Assembly (NCBI GenBank): GCA_958296135.2
Contig: CATQHZ020000001.1
Span: 1,600,001-1,664,000 of the forward strand
Source: an uncultured Poribacteria bacterium
Lineage (GTDB): Bacteria > Poribacteria > WGA-4E > WGA-3G
Reading direction: 5' to 3'
Length of the DNA: 64,000 nucleotides
The notes beneath the pieces were generated by a model. That model did no database searches. It was not told the DNA's origin and was given only the letters and a program-made list of their open reading frames with translations. This document shows, piece after piece, positions 1-8,640 of this stretch. Both the position numbers and the translations under genes were made by a program. Position 1 is the first letter of the stretch. Each line of letters opens with the position of its first letter.

Positions 1-410
1 CCGCCCGTTTTGAAAACATACCCGCCGCCACTGATTAAGTCTGAACAGGTTATCATGAGCGGCGTTGCGATGTCGCTGAGGTGGAGTTCGGGGAGATGCG
101 TCGCGAGCACTTTTGCAAGCAACGCTTTTGAATACCGACTGAAGAACAACGGATGCCGATACCACTTTTTCCGGAAGAGCTGCGGTGCTTCTTTCTCAAA
201 AAGGTAGACTATCTGTTCCATCGGGATGCCGGTGGCGGCGGCCCCTGCGATGATGGAGCCGGCGCTCGTTCCAGCGCGGAGATCGAAGCAATCCTTGAGT
301 TGCACCTGAAAGGCGCGTTCAAGGTTGGCAAGGAGTTGCGCGGCATATATCCCGCGGGTGCCGCCGCCATCAAGCGCGAGGATATGAAAGGGGGTTTCCG
401 CGTTGCGCAT
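1..410 (-). CDS. Patatin-like phospholipase (partial, runs off window start)
   Basis: Absent from the ORF track. Manual translation from ATG at 410: MRNAETPFHILALDGGGTRGIYAAQLL...FDLRAGTSAGSIIAG. Has the patatin DGGGxRG and GTSxG motifs; GGAG-like RBS upstream. Confidence 0.9.
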   Translation of the reverse strand, partial: MRNAETPFHILALDGGGTRGIYAAQLLANLERAFQVQLKDCFDLRAGTSAGSIIAGAAATGIPMEQIVYLFEKEAPQLFRKKWYRHPLFFSRYSKALLAKVLATHLPELHLSDIATPLMITCSDLISGGGYVFKTG

Positions 411-807
411 TGGAATTCCTCTCCGGAGGCAAAGCAATCGTCAGTTCGGCAGACCTTTAGCGGCCGGAATTGGTGACAACAGTGAAATCTGGCACGTAAC
501 GCTCTTCATCAATTTGAAAAACCTTAAGTGTCACGCCAAAAGACCGGATTTCTCTATCCGTTTTTCTGTTCAGCCACTCCAAAGCATCGCGGTGCTCTGC
601 CCGAATTTTCTTTGCGATCCAGATGATGGTGCTAGCATCTAGTCCCGCCGCGTAAGTGAGGACTTTGCCAAGGTGCAGATGGTTTGAGTCCTCAAGTTGA
701 TTTTCGATAACCACGCGTGAGTCGTCTGCTTTGTTACGACACACGATATCGGCTCGGAATGCTCCAACCGCACTACATAACCTATGAGCATCTCGTCAAA
801 TGTAGAC

Positions 808-2031
808 TTATCTGCCATGTGCAAAGTCTACGAGTCTCTGAGAGGTCAGCGGTTTCCTGCTTCTTCCGCGCACATGCGGGTTCTGATGCCAGCCTACCAA
901 CGTAGGTGTTACAGCATCTCCACAGGCGTTTTGACTCTCGTCCGTGCTAGACGCGAGTTGTCGAAGGTTTATAGCGGCGTTAACATCCCGATCTTCAACG
1001 AATCCACAAACACCGCAGTGATATTCTCTGTCCTTGAGCGTCAGTTTGAATTCGCCACGTTTGACGTCTCCACAGGAACTGCATCGCTGGGTTGACGGCC
1101 AGAACTTATCTGCTGACACAATACGGATACCACGGCGCACCGCTTTGTATTTAAGTTTGACGAGAAAACCACCGAGGCTTGCATCGGCGAGTGCCTTGCT
1201 CAACTTGCGATTTTTCATCAAACCTTTCACGGTGAGGCTCTCGATGCCAAGTGCCGAGATGCCTTGCAGGATGCGATGTGTCACCTGATGATGGGCATCG
1301 GTTCGCACATTTGCTATACGGGCATGCAGGCGGGCGAGGAGTTCCTTTGCCTTCCACCAGTTGTTGCTCAGGAACGTCTTGCGGGAGAGTGCCTTATTTG
1401 CACGGCGTAGTTTGCGTTCATTGACGCGCAAGGCACGCGGATTTTCGTAGACAGTGCCATCGTCCATCGTAGCGAGGGCTGAGATGCCGACATCACAACC
1501 TGCAGGGGGCAGTGCTGACGTGTCGGGCGGTTCAGGGACATCAACTTCGACAAGGATGCTGAGATACCAGCGATGTGCGATTCGCTTAACGAAAGCACGG
1601 CGAACTTCACCTGTCCATCGAGGTTTTTCATGCAACCTAACATGTCCAATTATCGGAAGGACGACGTGTTTGCCGTCCGCCGTTATTTTGACGCTATCCA
1701 CACCATTATCAATCTGGAACGCGGGGCGAGACTTATGCGTCTTCCGTTTGGGCGCACCATTCTGTCCCGATTTGTATCTGGCGATAGCATCGCCGAAAGA
1801 GTGGATAGCATTCTTACCTGCGTTTTGAGAACACGCGGCGAATTCGGGGAACACCTCGCGCTTCCGTGAGTTGAAGATTTTCTTCAACTCGTAGAGGGAG
1901 TTACGGCGGTCGGCGTTCCAATCAGAATGTGCGGCATTATAGGCGGCGCGTGCGAATGCCACATGCAGGTTAAATGCCTCGACCTGTTCCTCAGTTGGTT
2001 TGAGTGCTATCTTCTGGGCTCGTAGTGCCAT
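808..2031 (-). CDS. tnpB: RNA-guided endonuclease TnpB
   Basis: MALRAQKIALKPT N-terminus; RuvC motifs GCDVG, GIESL and DRDVNAAINL; zinc finger CSSCG..CGVCG. Start moved from 2175 to the ATG at 2031. Confidence 0.93.
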   Translation of the reverse strand: MALRAQKIALKPTEEQVEAFNLHVAFARAAYNAAHSDWNADRRNSLYELKKIFNSRKREVFPEFAACSQNAGKNAIHSFGDAIARYKSGQNGAPKRKTHKSRPAFQIDNGVDSVKITADGKHVVLPIIGHVRLHEKPRWTGEVRRAFVKRIAHRWYLSILVEVDVPEPPDTSALPPAGCDVGISALATMDDGTVYENPRALRVNERKLRRANKALSRKTFLSNNWWKAKELLARLHARIANVRTDAHHQVTHRILQGISALGIESLTVKGLMKNRKLSKALADASLGGFLVKLKYKAVRRGIRIVSADKFWPSTQRCSSCGDVKRGEFKLTLKDREYHCGVCGFVEDRDVNAAINLRQLASSTDESQNACGDAVTPTLVGWHQNPHVRGRSRKPLTSQRLVDFAHGR

Positions 2032-2133
2032 AGCGTCACCGTTCCCGTTGTGTTTACCTCCATCCAAGGTAGGTTGGGCGAGAGACACGGCGGGAAGCCG
2101 CGCTTGGATGTCTCGCCCCCAACGGTAACTACA

Positions 2134-2162
2134 TTCTACCACAAATCCACGCCGACTGCAAA
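2134..2162 (-). promoter_or_regulatory. Sigma70-like promoter for tnpB
   Basis: Minus strand TTGCAG-17 nt-TAGAAT with extended TG. Confidence 0.55.
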
Positions 2163-2382
2163 TAAAAATGCACACTGCTAGATTAGGGCAGATACTCCTA
2201 GTATCTCATAGAGTTCTCTCCACTGCACCGAGCCCTTTTTTCCGTCGCTTCAAGTTCCAACTCTATGCCGAGGGGTTCAGCAAGGTAGCATAGATTCTCC
2301 GCTAACCACGGCGTAAAATCGTGTGCCTCGTGAGGCCAGACAGTGCGCAACTCAACTTTTGGCTGGTGAACGAATTGGTGCA

Positions 2383-3291
2383 TCAATCTTCTGCCGCCTC
2401 CTTGTCAAGCATGCGAATCTCGGATTCAACATAGGATTTGTGTTGTTCATCGCCTGCCGCGCGTGCGAGTCTCAAGGCAGTCTCATAATCCTCCCTCGCT
2501 TCCGCATCGCGCCCCTGGCTCCATCTTATCTCCCCTCGATAGGTGTAAGGCGGCGCAAGCGTTGAATCTAGCCGCATGGCCTCCTCATAGTCTGCCACTG
2601 CTGCATCATATTGTAACAGCCTTTCTTTCGCCAATCCACGGCTGATGTAGGCAATAGCACTCTCAGGTGCGAGCCGAATCGCCTCATCATAGTCCTCAAC
2701 GATGCCATCACGTTTGTTAGGTGTCATAAATTTGGCGAGGGCTCTGTTGTAGTAAGCTTCCGCGAGAGTCGCGTCCAGCCGCAGGGCAGCATCCTGGTCT
2801 TCGATGGCGGCCTCATTTTGGCCGAGCAAGGTTTTCGCCAAACCGCGACAGGTATATGCATAGGCATCCTCTGGATTGAGCCGAATTGCCTCATCACAAT
2901 CGGCGACTGCCTCGGCATACTGCCCGAGAAGCCGCTTCACAAGGCCCCGCTGCGTCCATGCTTCCGCGTAAGTGCGATGGCGACAGATAGCGTTGTCACA
3001 AGCGGAGAGTGCCTGCTTCAGTGCGGCGGTAGCAGACTCCGAACGCAAGGGCGCGTCTGCCCACACCTCTTCGTTCTCCAACAGCAGTTTGCAGACAGAT
3101 ACCAGCGCGCGGGCGGCCATCTTGTCATCAATCCCGCTAATAGTATTCGCGAGTGAACGCCACTTTTCTATCGCCTCCCCGATTTTTCCCTCCTCTTGCA
3201 ACCGGTCGGCATCGGCTATCACCCTGTCTACAAGAAATACCACCGGCAAAGCTTCCTCAACTTTCGGCGTATTCTGTTCGGTATGTGTCAT
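2383..3291 (-). CDS. Tetratricopeptide repeat protein
   Basis: Repeats of AY..RG.AK..LGQY..A..D.DEAIRL.P; stop overlaps the start of the next gene. Confidence 0.88.
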   Translation of the reverse strand: MTHTEQNTPKVEEALPVVFLVDRVIADADRLQEEGKIGEAIEKWRSLANTISGIDDKMAARALVSVCKLLLENEEVWADAPLRSESATAALKQALSACDNAICRHRTYAEAWTQRGLVKRLLGQYAEAVADCDEAIRLNPEDAYAYTCRGLAKTLLGQNEAAIEDQDAALRLDATLAEAYYNRALAKFMTPNKRDGIVEDYDEAIRLAPESAIAYISRGLAKERLLQYDAAVADYEEAMRLDSTLAPPYTYRGEIRWSQGRDAEAREDYETALRLARAAGDEQHKSYVESEIRMLDKEAAED

Positions 3292-3310
3292 TATGGTTTA
3301 TCTTCCTAGG

Positions 3311-3913
3311 TTAATCCGCTTTCCCCAATTCATCCTCCGCTGCGTCAAGACGTTCAAGACACGCTTCCATTTGCTGTTCAAGCTGCGCGTTACGTGCGAC
3401 TTTCGCGAGTTCCAACGCGGTCTTGAAATTTTCCCGCGCTTTCTCAATGAGCCCCATGTTGTAAGCTGTCCCACCCCGCTTGACGTAAATATCTACATTC
3501 TCTGGTTGTAGCCGGGCGGCCTCGTCCAAGTCGTCGAGCGCGGCTTCGCCATCGCCGCGGAGCAAATTGGCCATGCCGCGGTTGATGTAAAGTGCCGCCA
3601 TATCGGGACTCAATCGGATTCCCTCGCCGTAGTCCTCAACTGCAGAATCATACTGTCCCAGTTTCACTTTGGCATTGGCGCGATTGTTGTATAATTCGGC
3701 AAAATCCGGTCCAAACCGAATCGCTTTGTCAAAGTCCCCGAGGGCACTCTCATGTTTGTTAAGGGCAGTTTTCGCGAGCCCTCGATTGGAGTAGGCTTCG
3801 GCATCCTCCGGGTCCAGCCGCAGTGCCTTGTCGTAATCGGAAATGGCGGCGCGATGCCTGCCTGAATCGTATTTCGCGCGTCCCCGCCGCGTGAAGAATT
3901 TGGCTTTGAGCAT
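3311..3913 (-). CDS. Tetratricopeptide repeat protein
   Basis: Five TPR units; likely start MLKAKFF at 3913 after a GAGGG RBS. Confidence 0.85.
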   Translation of the reverse strand: MLKAKFFTRRGRAKYDSGRHRAAISDYDKALRLDPEDAEAYSNRGLAKTALNKHESALGDFDKAIRFGPDFAELYNNRANAKVKLGQYDSAVEDYGEGIRLSPDMAALYINRGMANLLRGDGEAALDDLDEAARLQPENVDIYVKRGGTAYNMGLIEKARENFKTALELAKVARNAQLEQQMEACLERLDAAEDELGKAD

Positions 3914-3989
3914 TATCGTTTCCCTCTTCAGATGAACGTTGAGAATAAGATACCACATCCTGCGGCCAAAATCAACCGATTTTTCAGTC

Positions 3990-4018
3990 TTGACACAAAA
4001 ACGGAATCTTGATAAAAT
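3990..4018 (+). promoter_or_regulatory. Sigma70-like promoter of sod (duplicated at 5316-5344)
   Basis: TTGACA-17 nt-TAAAAT with extended TG. Confidence 0.7.
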
Positions 4019-4050
4019 GGGTATCACCATCAAATGATAAGGAGCATCTC

Positions 4051-4770
4051 ATGAATCGGAGAAATTTCTTAATGAAAGGCGGCACCGCGTTGGCGGGGCT
4101 GTTCCTCGCGAATATGCCGTTGAGCCTTTACGCGGCGCACCACGAGCCCGCCGAAGGCGCCCATAAGTTGCCGGAGTTGTCCTACGCTTACGATGCGTTA
4201 GAACCGCATATTGATACCCTCACGATGACAATTCATCACGGCAAGCACCACCAGGGTTACGTCAATAAGCTCAACGCTGCCCTTAAAGGGCACGATGAGC
4301 TCATGAAGATGCCGGTGGAGGACTTGCTGCGCCATATCGACAAAGTGCCGATGGATATCCGCCAAGCCGTTATCAACAGTGGCGGTGGGCATGCGAACCA
4401 TACCCTCTTCTGGCGCACGATGGCTCCCAACGGTAGCAAACCACCCGGGGAAGTTCTGGCGGCGATTCAATCCGAATTCGGCTCTTATCAGGCTGGTAGT
4501 GACCTGTTTGACAAAGCCGCGCTGGCGCATTTCGGTTCAGGGTGGGCATGGCTCGTCGTTGACGAGAAGAAAAAGTTGCAAACCTACGTCACAGCGAACC
4601 AGGATAGCCCACTGATGAAGGGACATACGCCGATTTTGGGGCTTGATGTCTGGGAGCACGCCTATTATCTGAAATATCAGAACCGGCGTGCCGATTACCT
4701 GAAAGCCTGGGAAAACGTCATCCATTGGGAACAGGTGAACGCGCTTTATCTCGCGGCAATGGCCCGGTAG
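4051..4770 (+). CDS. sodA: Mn/Fe superoxide dismutase with Tat signal peptide, copy 1
   Basis: MNRRNFL twin-arginine signal; HHGKHH, GGGHANH, FGSGWAW, NQD and DVWEHAYY motifs; AAGGAG RBS. Confidence 0.93.
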   Translation: MNRRNFLMKGGTALAGLFLANMPLSLYAAHHEPAEGAHKLPELSYAYDALEPHIDTLTMTIHHGKHHQGYVNKLNAALKGHDELMKMPVEDLLRHIDKVPMDIRQAVINSGGGHANHTLFWRTMAPNGSKPPGEVLAAIQSEFGSYQAGSDLFDKAALAHFGSGWAWLVVDEKKKLQTYVTANQDSPLMKGHTPILGLDVWEHAYYLKYQNRRADYLKAWENVIHWEQVNALYLAAMAR

Positions 4771-4824
4771 GCGCGATGTCCCAATCGCGCACCGATCTCG
4801 CCCGATCTCGCACGAGGAACAACT

Positions 4825-5162
4825 ATGGAACGCAGAGATTTCCTGAAACAGTGCGGCCTCACGCTTACCGCGCTGTTGCTGAGCCCTTGGAGCAGCTACG
4901 CCTTTCCGAGCCGGGAAGGCGAGGTGCTCATCCCCTTCGCAGCTCAGTCGCCGGCATCCGATAACAAACGGGTGCTGCTTGACTGGAATCCCCTTGATAC
5001 TTTCATCACACCGAACCAGAAGTTCTTCAACGTCTCGCATTATGGGAAACCCGAGGTGGACTTAGACGCGTGGCAATTAGAGATGAGCGGTTTGGTTGAC
5101 AATCCGCTGATACTCACGATGGAGACATCAAAGCACGCCCACGCCGAGAGGTAACCTTTACG
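4825..5162 (+). pseudogene. Truncated 5' copy of the sulfite oxidase-like gene
   Basis: Matches the N-terminus of 6151-7287, has a 1-nt frameshift near 5122 and ends at the duplication junction. Confidence 0.85.
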
Positions 5163-5239
5163 TCGGAAATGGCGGCGCGATGCCTGCCTGAATCGTATTT
5201 CGCGCGTCCCCGCCGCGTGAAGAATTTGGCTTTGAGCAT
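5163..5239 (-). pseudogene. 5' fragment of the duplicated TPR gene
   Basis: MLKAKFFTRRGRAKYDSGRHRAAISD is identical to the start of 3311-3913, then hits the junction. Confidence 0.8.
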
Positions 5240-5376
5240 TATCGTTTCCCTCTTCAGATGAACGTTGAGAATAAGATACCATATCCTGCGGCCAAAATCA
5301 ACCGATTTTTCAGTCTTGACACAAAAACGGAATCTTGATAAAATGGGTATCACCATCAAATGACAAGGAGCATCTC

Positions 5377-6096
5377 ATGAATCGGAGACATTTTTTAATG
5401 AAAGGCGGCACCGCGTTGGCGGGGCTGTTCCTCGCGAATATGCCGTTGAGCCTTTACGCGGCGCACCACGAGCCCGCCGAAGGCGCCCATAAGTTGCCGG
5501 AGCTGCCCTACGCTTACGATGCGTTAGAACCGCACATTGATACCCTCACGATGACAATTCATCACGGCAAGCACCACCAAGGTTACGTCAATAAGCTCAA
5601 CGCTGCCCTTAAAGGGCACGATGAGCTCATGAAGATGTCGGTGGAGGACTTGCTGCGCCATATTGACAAAGTGCCGATGGATATCCGCCAAGCCGTTATC
5701 AACAGTGGCGGCGGGCACGCGAATCACTCCTTTTTCTGGAAGATTATGAGGCCCACCGGGGGGATGCCTCACGGCGAAGTTGCCGACGCACTCAAAGCAC
5801 GGTTCGGATCCCTCCAAGCCGCCGATGATCTGTTCGATCACACGATGCTAACTCTGTTCGGCTCAGGTTGGACCTGGCTCGTCGTTGATGAAAACAAGGC
5901 GCTGCAAATCTATGCCACCCCGAATCAGGATAGCCCGCTGATGAAGGGACACGCGCCGGTACTCGGACTCGATGTCTGGGAGCACGCCTATTACCTGAAG
6001 CACCAGAACCGCCGTTTGGACTACTCCGTAGCCTGGGGCAAGGTTATCAACTGGGAGCAGGTGAATACCAACTACGTTGAGGCAATGGCCCGGTAG
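5377..6096 (+). CDS. sodA: Mn/Fe superoxide dismutase with Tat signal peptide, copy 2
   Basis: MNRRHFL signal; same metal-ligand motifs; C-terminal half diverged from copy 1. Confidence 0.93.
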   Translation: MNRRHFLMKGGTALAGLFLANMPLSLYAAHHEPAEGAHKLPELPYAYDALEPHIDTLTMTIHHGKHHQGYVNKLNAALKGHDELMKMSVEDLLRHIDKVPMDIRQAVINSGGGHANHSFFWKIMRPTGGMPHGEVADALKARFGSLQAADDLFDHTMLTLFGSGWTWLVVDENKALQIYATPNQDSPLMKGHAPVLGLDVWEHAYYLKHQNRRLDYSVAWGKVINWEQVNTNYVEAMAR

Positions 6097-6150
6097 GCGC
6101 GATGTCCCAATCGCGCACCGATCTCGCCCGATCTCGCACGAGGAACAACT

Positions 6151-7287
6151 ATGGAACGCAGAGATTTCCTGAAACAGTGCGGCATCACGCTTACCGCGCT
6201 GTTGCTGAGCCCTTGGAGCAGCTACGCCTTTCCGAGCCGGGAAGGCGAGGTGCTTATTCCCTTCGCAGCTCAGCCGCCGGCATCTGACAACAAACGGGTG
6301 CTACTTGATTGGAATCACCTCGATACGTTTATCACGCCGAACGAGAAGTTTTTCAACGTCTCGCATTATGGGAAACCCGAGGTAGACCTGGGTGTGTGGA
6401 GCCTTGAAGTGAGCGGTCTGGTTGACAATCCGCTGATGCTCACAATTGAGGATATCAAAGCGCGCCCGCGCCAAGAGGTAACCTTTACGTTGGAATGCTC
6501 TGGGAATCACGGGTTTCCCACGTTCACCGGGGCGATCGGCAATGCGAAGTGGGGCGGCACGCCGCTCGCACCGATTTTGAAGGAAGCGCGCGTCCAAGAA
6601 AACGGTATCGAGGTTATTTTCTTCGGGCACGATGTCGGCGAAGAGGAACGACGCGATGTCAAGATGCGCCAGAATTTCGCGCGGAGCATGTCCATCGCGG
6701 ACGCGCTAGGAGATACCGTCCTCCTCTGTTACGAGATGAACGGCGAACCGTTGCCGCATGCAAACGGCGCGCCGCTGCGCCTAATCGCGCCTGGTTGGTA
6801 TGGCATCGCGTGCGTCAAATGGCTCAAACGGATTGAGGTGCGCGATACCCGTTTCATGGGGAGGTTCATGGCGCGTGACTACGTCACGATGCGTGAGGAG
6901 AAACGTCCCGATGGCGAATCTGTCTGGATGGAAACCTCTGTCGGCCGAACGCAACTGAAATCGTTGGCGGCGAAGGTGACGTGCACCGACGATAAATACC
7001 GTATTTACGGGGCCGCGTGGGGCGCGCCAATTGATACCGTTGAGGTGAGCATTGATGGCGGCGTGTGGCAAAAAGCGACGATTGACACGACTGAATCCGC
7101 CGAATTCGCGTGGAAAATCTGGCACCTCAATTGGGATAACCCGATGAAAGGGGAACATACCGTCGTTTCCAGAGCCATCGATACGATGGGCAACATCCAA
7201 CCCGCGGGCGACTCTGCCTACATCACAGGCAAACACACCTATTGGGAGAGCAACGGCCAAATCGTCCGCCGCATCCACATCCCGTAG
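6151..7287 (+). CDS. Tat-exported sulfite oxidase-family molybdopterin oxidoreductase
   Basis: MERRDFL signal; LECSGN Mo-ligand Cys; NGEPLP..NGAPLRLIAPGWYG..VKWL; C-terminal dimerisation domain. Confidence 0.88.
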   Translation: MERRDFLKQCGITLTALLLSPWSSYAFPSREGEVLIPFAAQPPASDNKRVLLDWNHLDTFITPNEKFFNVSHYGKPEVDLGVWSLEVSGLVDNPLMLTIEDIKARPRQEVTFTLECSGNHGFPTFTGAIGNAKWGGTPLAPILKEARVQENGIEVIFFGHDVGEEERRDVKMRQNFARSMSIADALGDTVLLCYEMNGEPLPHANGAPLRLIAPGWYGIACVKWLKRIEVRDTRFMGRFMARDYVTMREEKRPDGESVWMETSVGRTQLKSLAAKVTCTDDKYRIYGAAWGAPIDTVEVSIDGGVWQKATIDTTESAEFAWKIWHLNWDNPMKGEHTVVSRAIDTMGNIQPAGDSAYITGKHTYWESNGQIVRRIHIP

Positions 7288-7366
7288 GCGCGCTTGTAAG
7301 GGCGGATGCCCTTAACTATCCGCCCGTTCCTCCTGTCTGAATTTGATATTAGGAGGCACTAACTTT

Positions 7367-8146
7367 ATGCACATTACTGATGGACAAAAACAGCAATTTC
7401 AAGAGGAAGGCTATTTCATCCTAGAGAACGTCATCCCGGAGCCGATGTTGGAACTCCTGCGCGGCGAATGCGGAACGTTTATCAGTCAGATGGATGCCGA
7501 GATGGACAGGATGCAAACGGATGTCCTTGGCATTAACCATCGCGACAAGCGGTATTTTGTCTCAAACTGCTTCCGGAAGCAGCCGAAACTGCGCGAATTT
7601 CTCTTCAGCAATCTGATGGCAGAGGTCTGCCGTGCTACCCTCGGCGACACCGCGTATCTCTTCTGGGAGCAGTATGTCGTCAAAGGCGCGGAAGCCGGAA
7701 TGAAGTTCAGTTGGCATCAGGACTCGGGATACGTCGGCTACCCAGACCACGAGCCGTATCTCACCTGCTGGTGTGCCCTTGACGATATGTCCGAAGAGAA
7801 CGGCACCGTCTATGTGATGCCGTTTTCGCAGATCGGCATCCGTTCGTGGGTGAAGCACATCCGCGAGGAGGGCAGCAACGACATGGTGGGCTATTTCGGG
7901 CCGGAGAAAGGCGTGCCGGCTATCGTGCCTGCGGGGAGCATTGCGGTATTTACCAGCATCAACTTCCACTGCAGCAGCACGAACCATACGAATAAACTGC
8001 GCCGCGCGTATCTCGCGCAGTATTCGGCGGAGCCGCTCCTCTCTCACGATGGTACGCGCCTATGGGGTAATGCGGAGCCGCTGTTGCGGGATGGAAAATC
8101 TGCTGTGGGAGAACCGCCGCCGGAGATTTCGTCGCGGTTTGATTAG
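7367..8146 (+). CDS. Phytanoyl-CoA dioxygenase (PhyH) family protein
   Basis: F.EEGY; WHQD; W.ALDD...ENG; distal H. AGGAGG RBS before the ATG at 7367. Confidence 0.88.
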   Translation: MHITDGQKQQFQEEGYFILENVIPEPMLELLRGECGTFISQMDAEMDRMQTDVLGINHRDKRYFVSNCFRKQPKLREFLFSNLMAEVCRATLGDTAYLFWEQYVVKGAEAGMKFSWHQDSGYVGYPDHEPYLTCWCALDDMSEENGTVYVMPFSQIGIRSWVKHIREEGSNDMVGYFGPEKGVPAIVPAGSIAVFTSINFHCSSTNHTNKLRRAYLAQYSAEPLLSHDGTRLWGNAEPLLRDGKSAVGEPPPEISSRFD

Positions 8147-8154
8147 GGGAGTTC

Positions 8155-8439
8155 ATGACAATACAAGAATTCCAAAACCAGATCGAGGCAATCTACTATG
8201 AACGCGATGCTGAACGCGGTGTCCCGCTCACCTTCACGTGGTTCGTTGAAGAAGTCGGCGAACTCGCAAAGGAAATCCGCAAACATCCGCATGACATGGA
8301 ACGGCTTCGCGAAGAGTTTGCAGACGTGTTTGCATGGCTCGCCACGTTGGCGAGCCTGCTTGGCGTGGAGTTGGAGGATGCCGCGCAAATCTACGCAGAC
8401 AGCTGTCCGAAGTGCAAACATACGCCGTGCTGTTGTTAA
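8155..8439 (+). CDS. MazG-like nucleotide pyrophosphohydrolase
   Basis: EEVGELA...EEFADV motif; C-terminal CPKC..PCCC. Confidence 0.85.
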   Translation: MTIQEFQNQIEAIYYERDAERGVPLTFTWFVEEVGELAKEIRKHPHDMERLREEFADVFAWLATLASLLGVELEDAAQIYADSCPKCKHTPCCC

Positions 8440-8640
8440 TTCCCATATATCGCGTCATTTCCCGTGTAGACGCACTTTGATGAAGTTTCAGGATGAAAAT
8501 GGACGATTTTCCAACCCCGAGGTCCGCATAGGAGAGTTCTCCCAGTCTCGATGCTTCGGATTTGGGACCAGGAGAACCCGCCTACCGCAAATGTCCGATT
8601 TATTTAACCTCGCTAAGCGCGCCATCTATGACGCAGCCTC

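Larger units (their letters stand above)
768..2232 (-). mobile_element. Non-autonomous IS607-like element (tnpB only)
   Basis: Minus-strand junctions are AAAAGGG|CTCGG and GTGCGG|TTGGA, giving empty site AAA AGG GTT GGA. GG at both ends, no longer target duplication. Motifs CTATGAG, TATCTGCC and TGTGCA are shared in inverted orientation at the two ends. No tnpA. Confidence 0.8.
457..2386 (-). pseudogene. DUF4268/NucS-like PD-(D/E)xK nuclease-family gene interrupted by the IS element
   Basis: 5' part 2233-2386 (LRTVWPHEAHDFTPWLAENL..ELEATEKR) and 3' part 457-767 (VGAFRADIVC..VVIENQLEDSNHLHLGKVLTYAAG) rejoin in frame when 768-2232 is removed. Confidence 0.8.
3837..6490. repeat. Tandem direct duplication, ~1326-bp period (3837-5162 / 5163-~6490)
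   Basis: TCGGAAATGGCGGCGCGATG at 3837 and 5163; sod starts at 4051 and 5377; oxidoreductase starts at 4825 and 6151. Confidence 0.92.

Noticed and set aside
10-476. Plus-strand ORFs 10-207 and 153-476
   Set aside because: Shadows of the minus-strand patatin gene.
2032-2175. N-terminal extension of TnpB in the ORF track
   Set aside because: Overlaps the promoter and structured leader; family similarity starts at MALRAQK.
768-2232. IStron (group I intron-IS hybrid)
   Set aside because: Only ~200 nt lie between the left end and tnpB, and no recognisable group I core is present.
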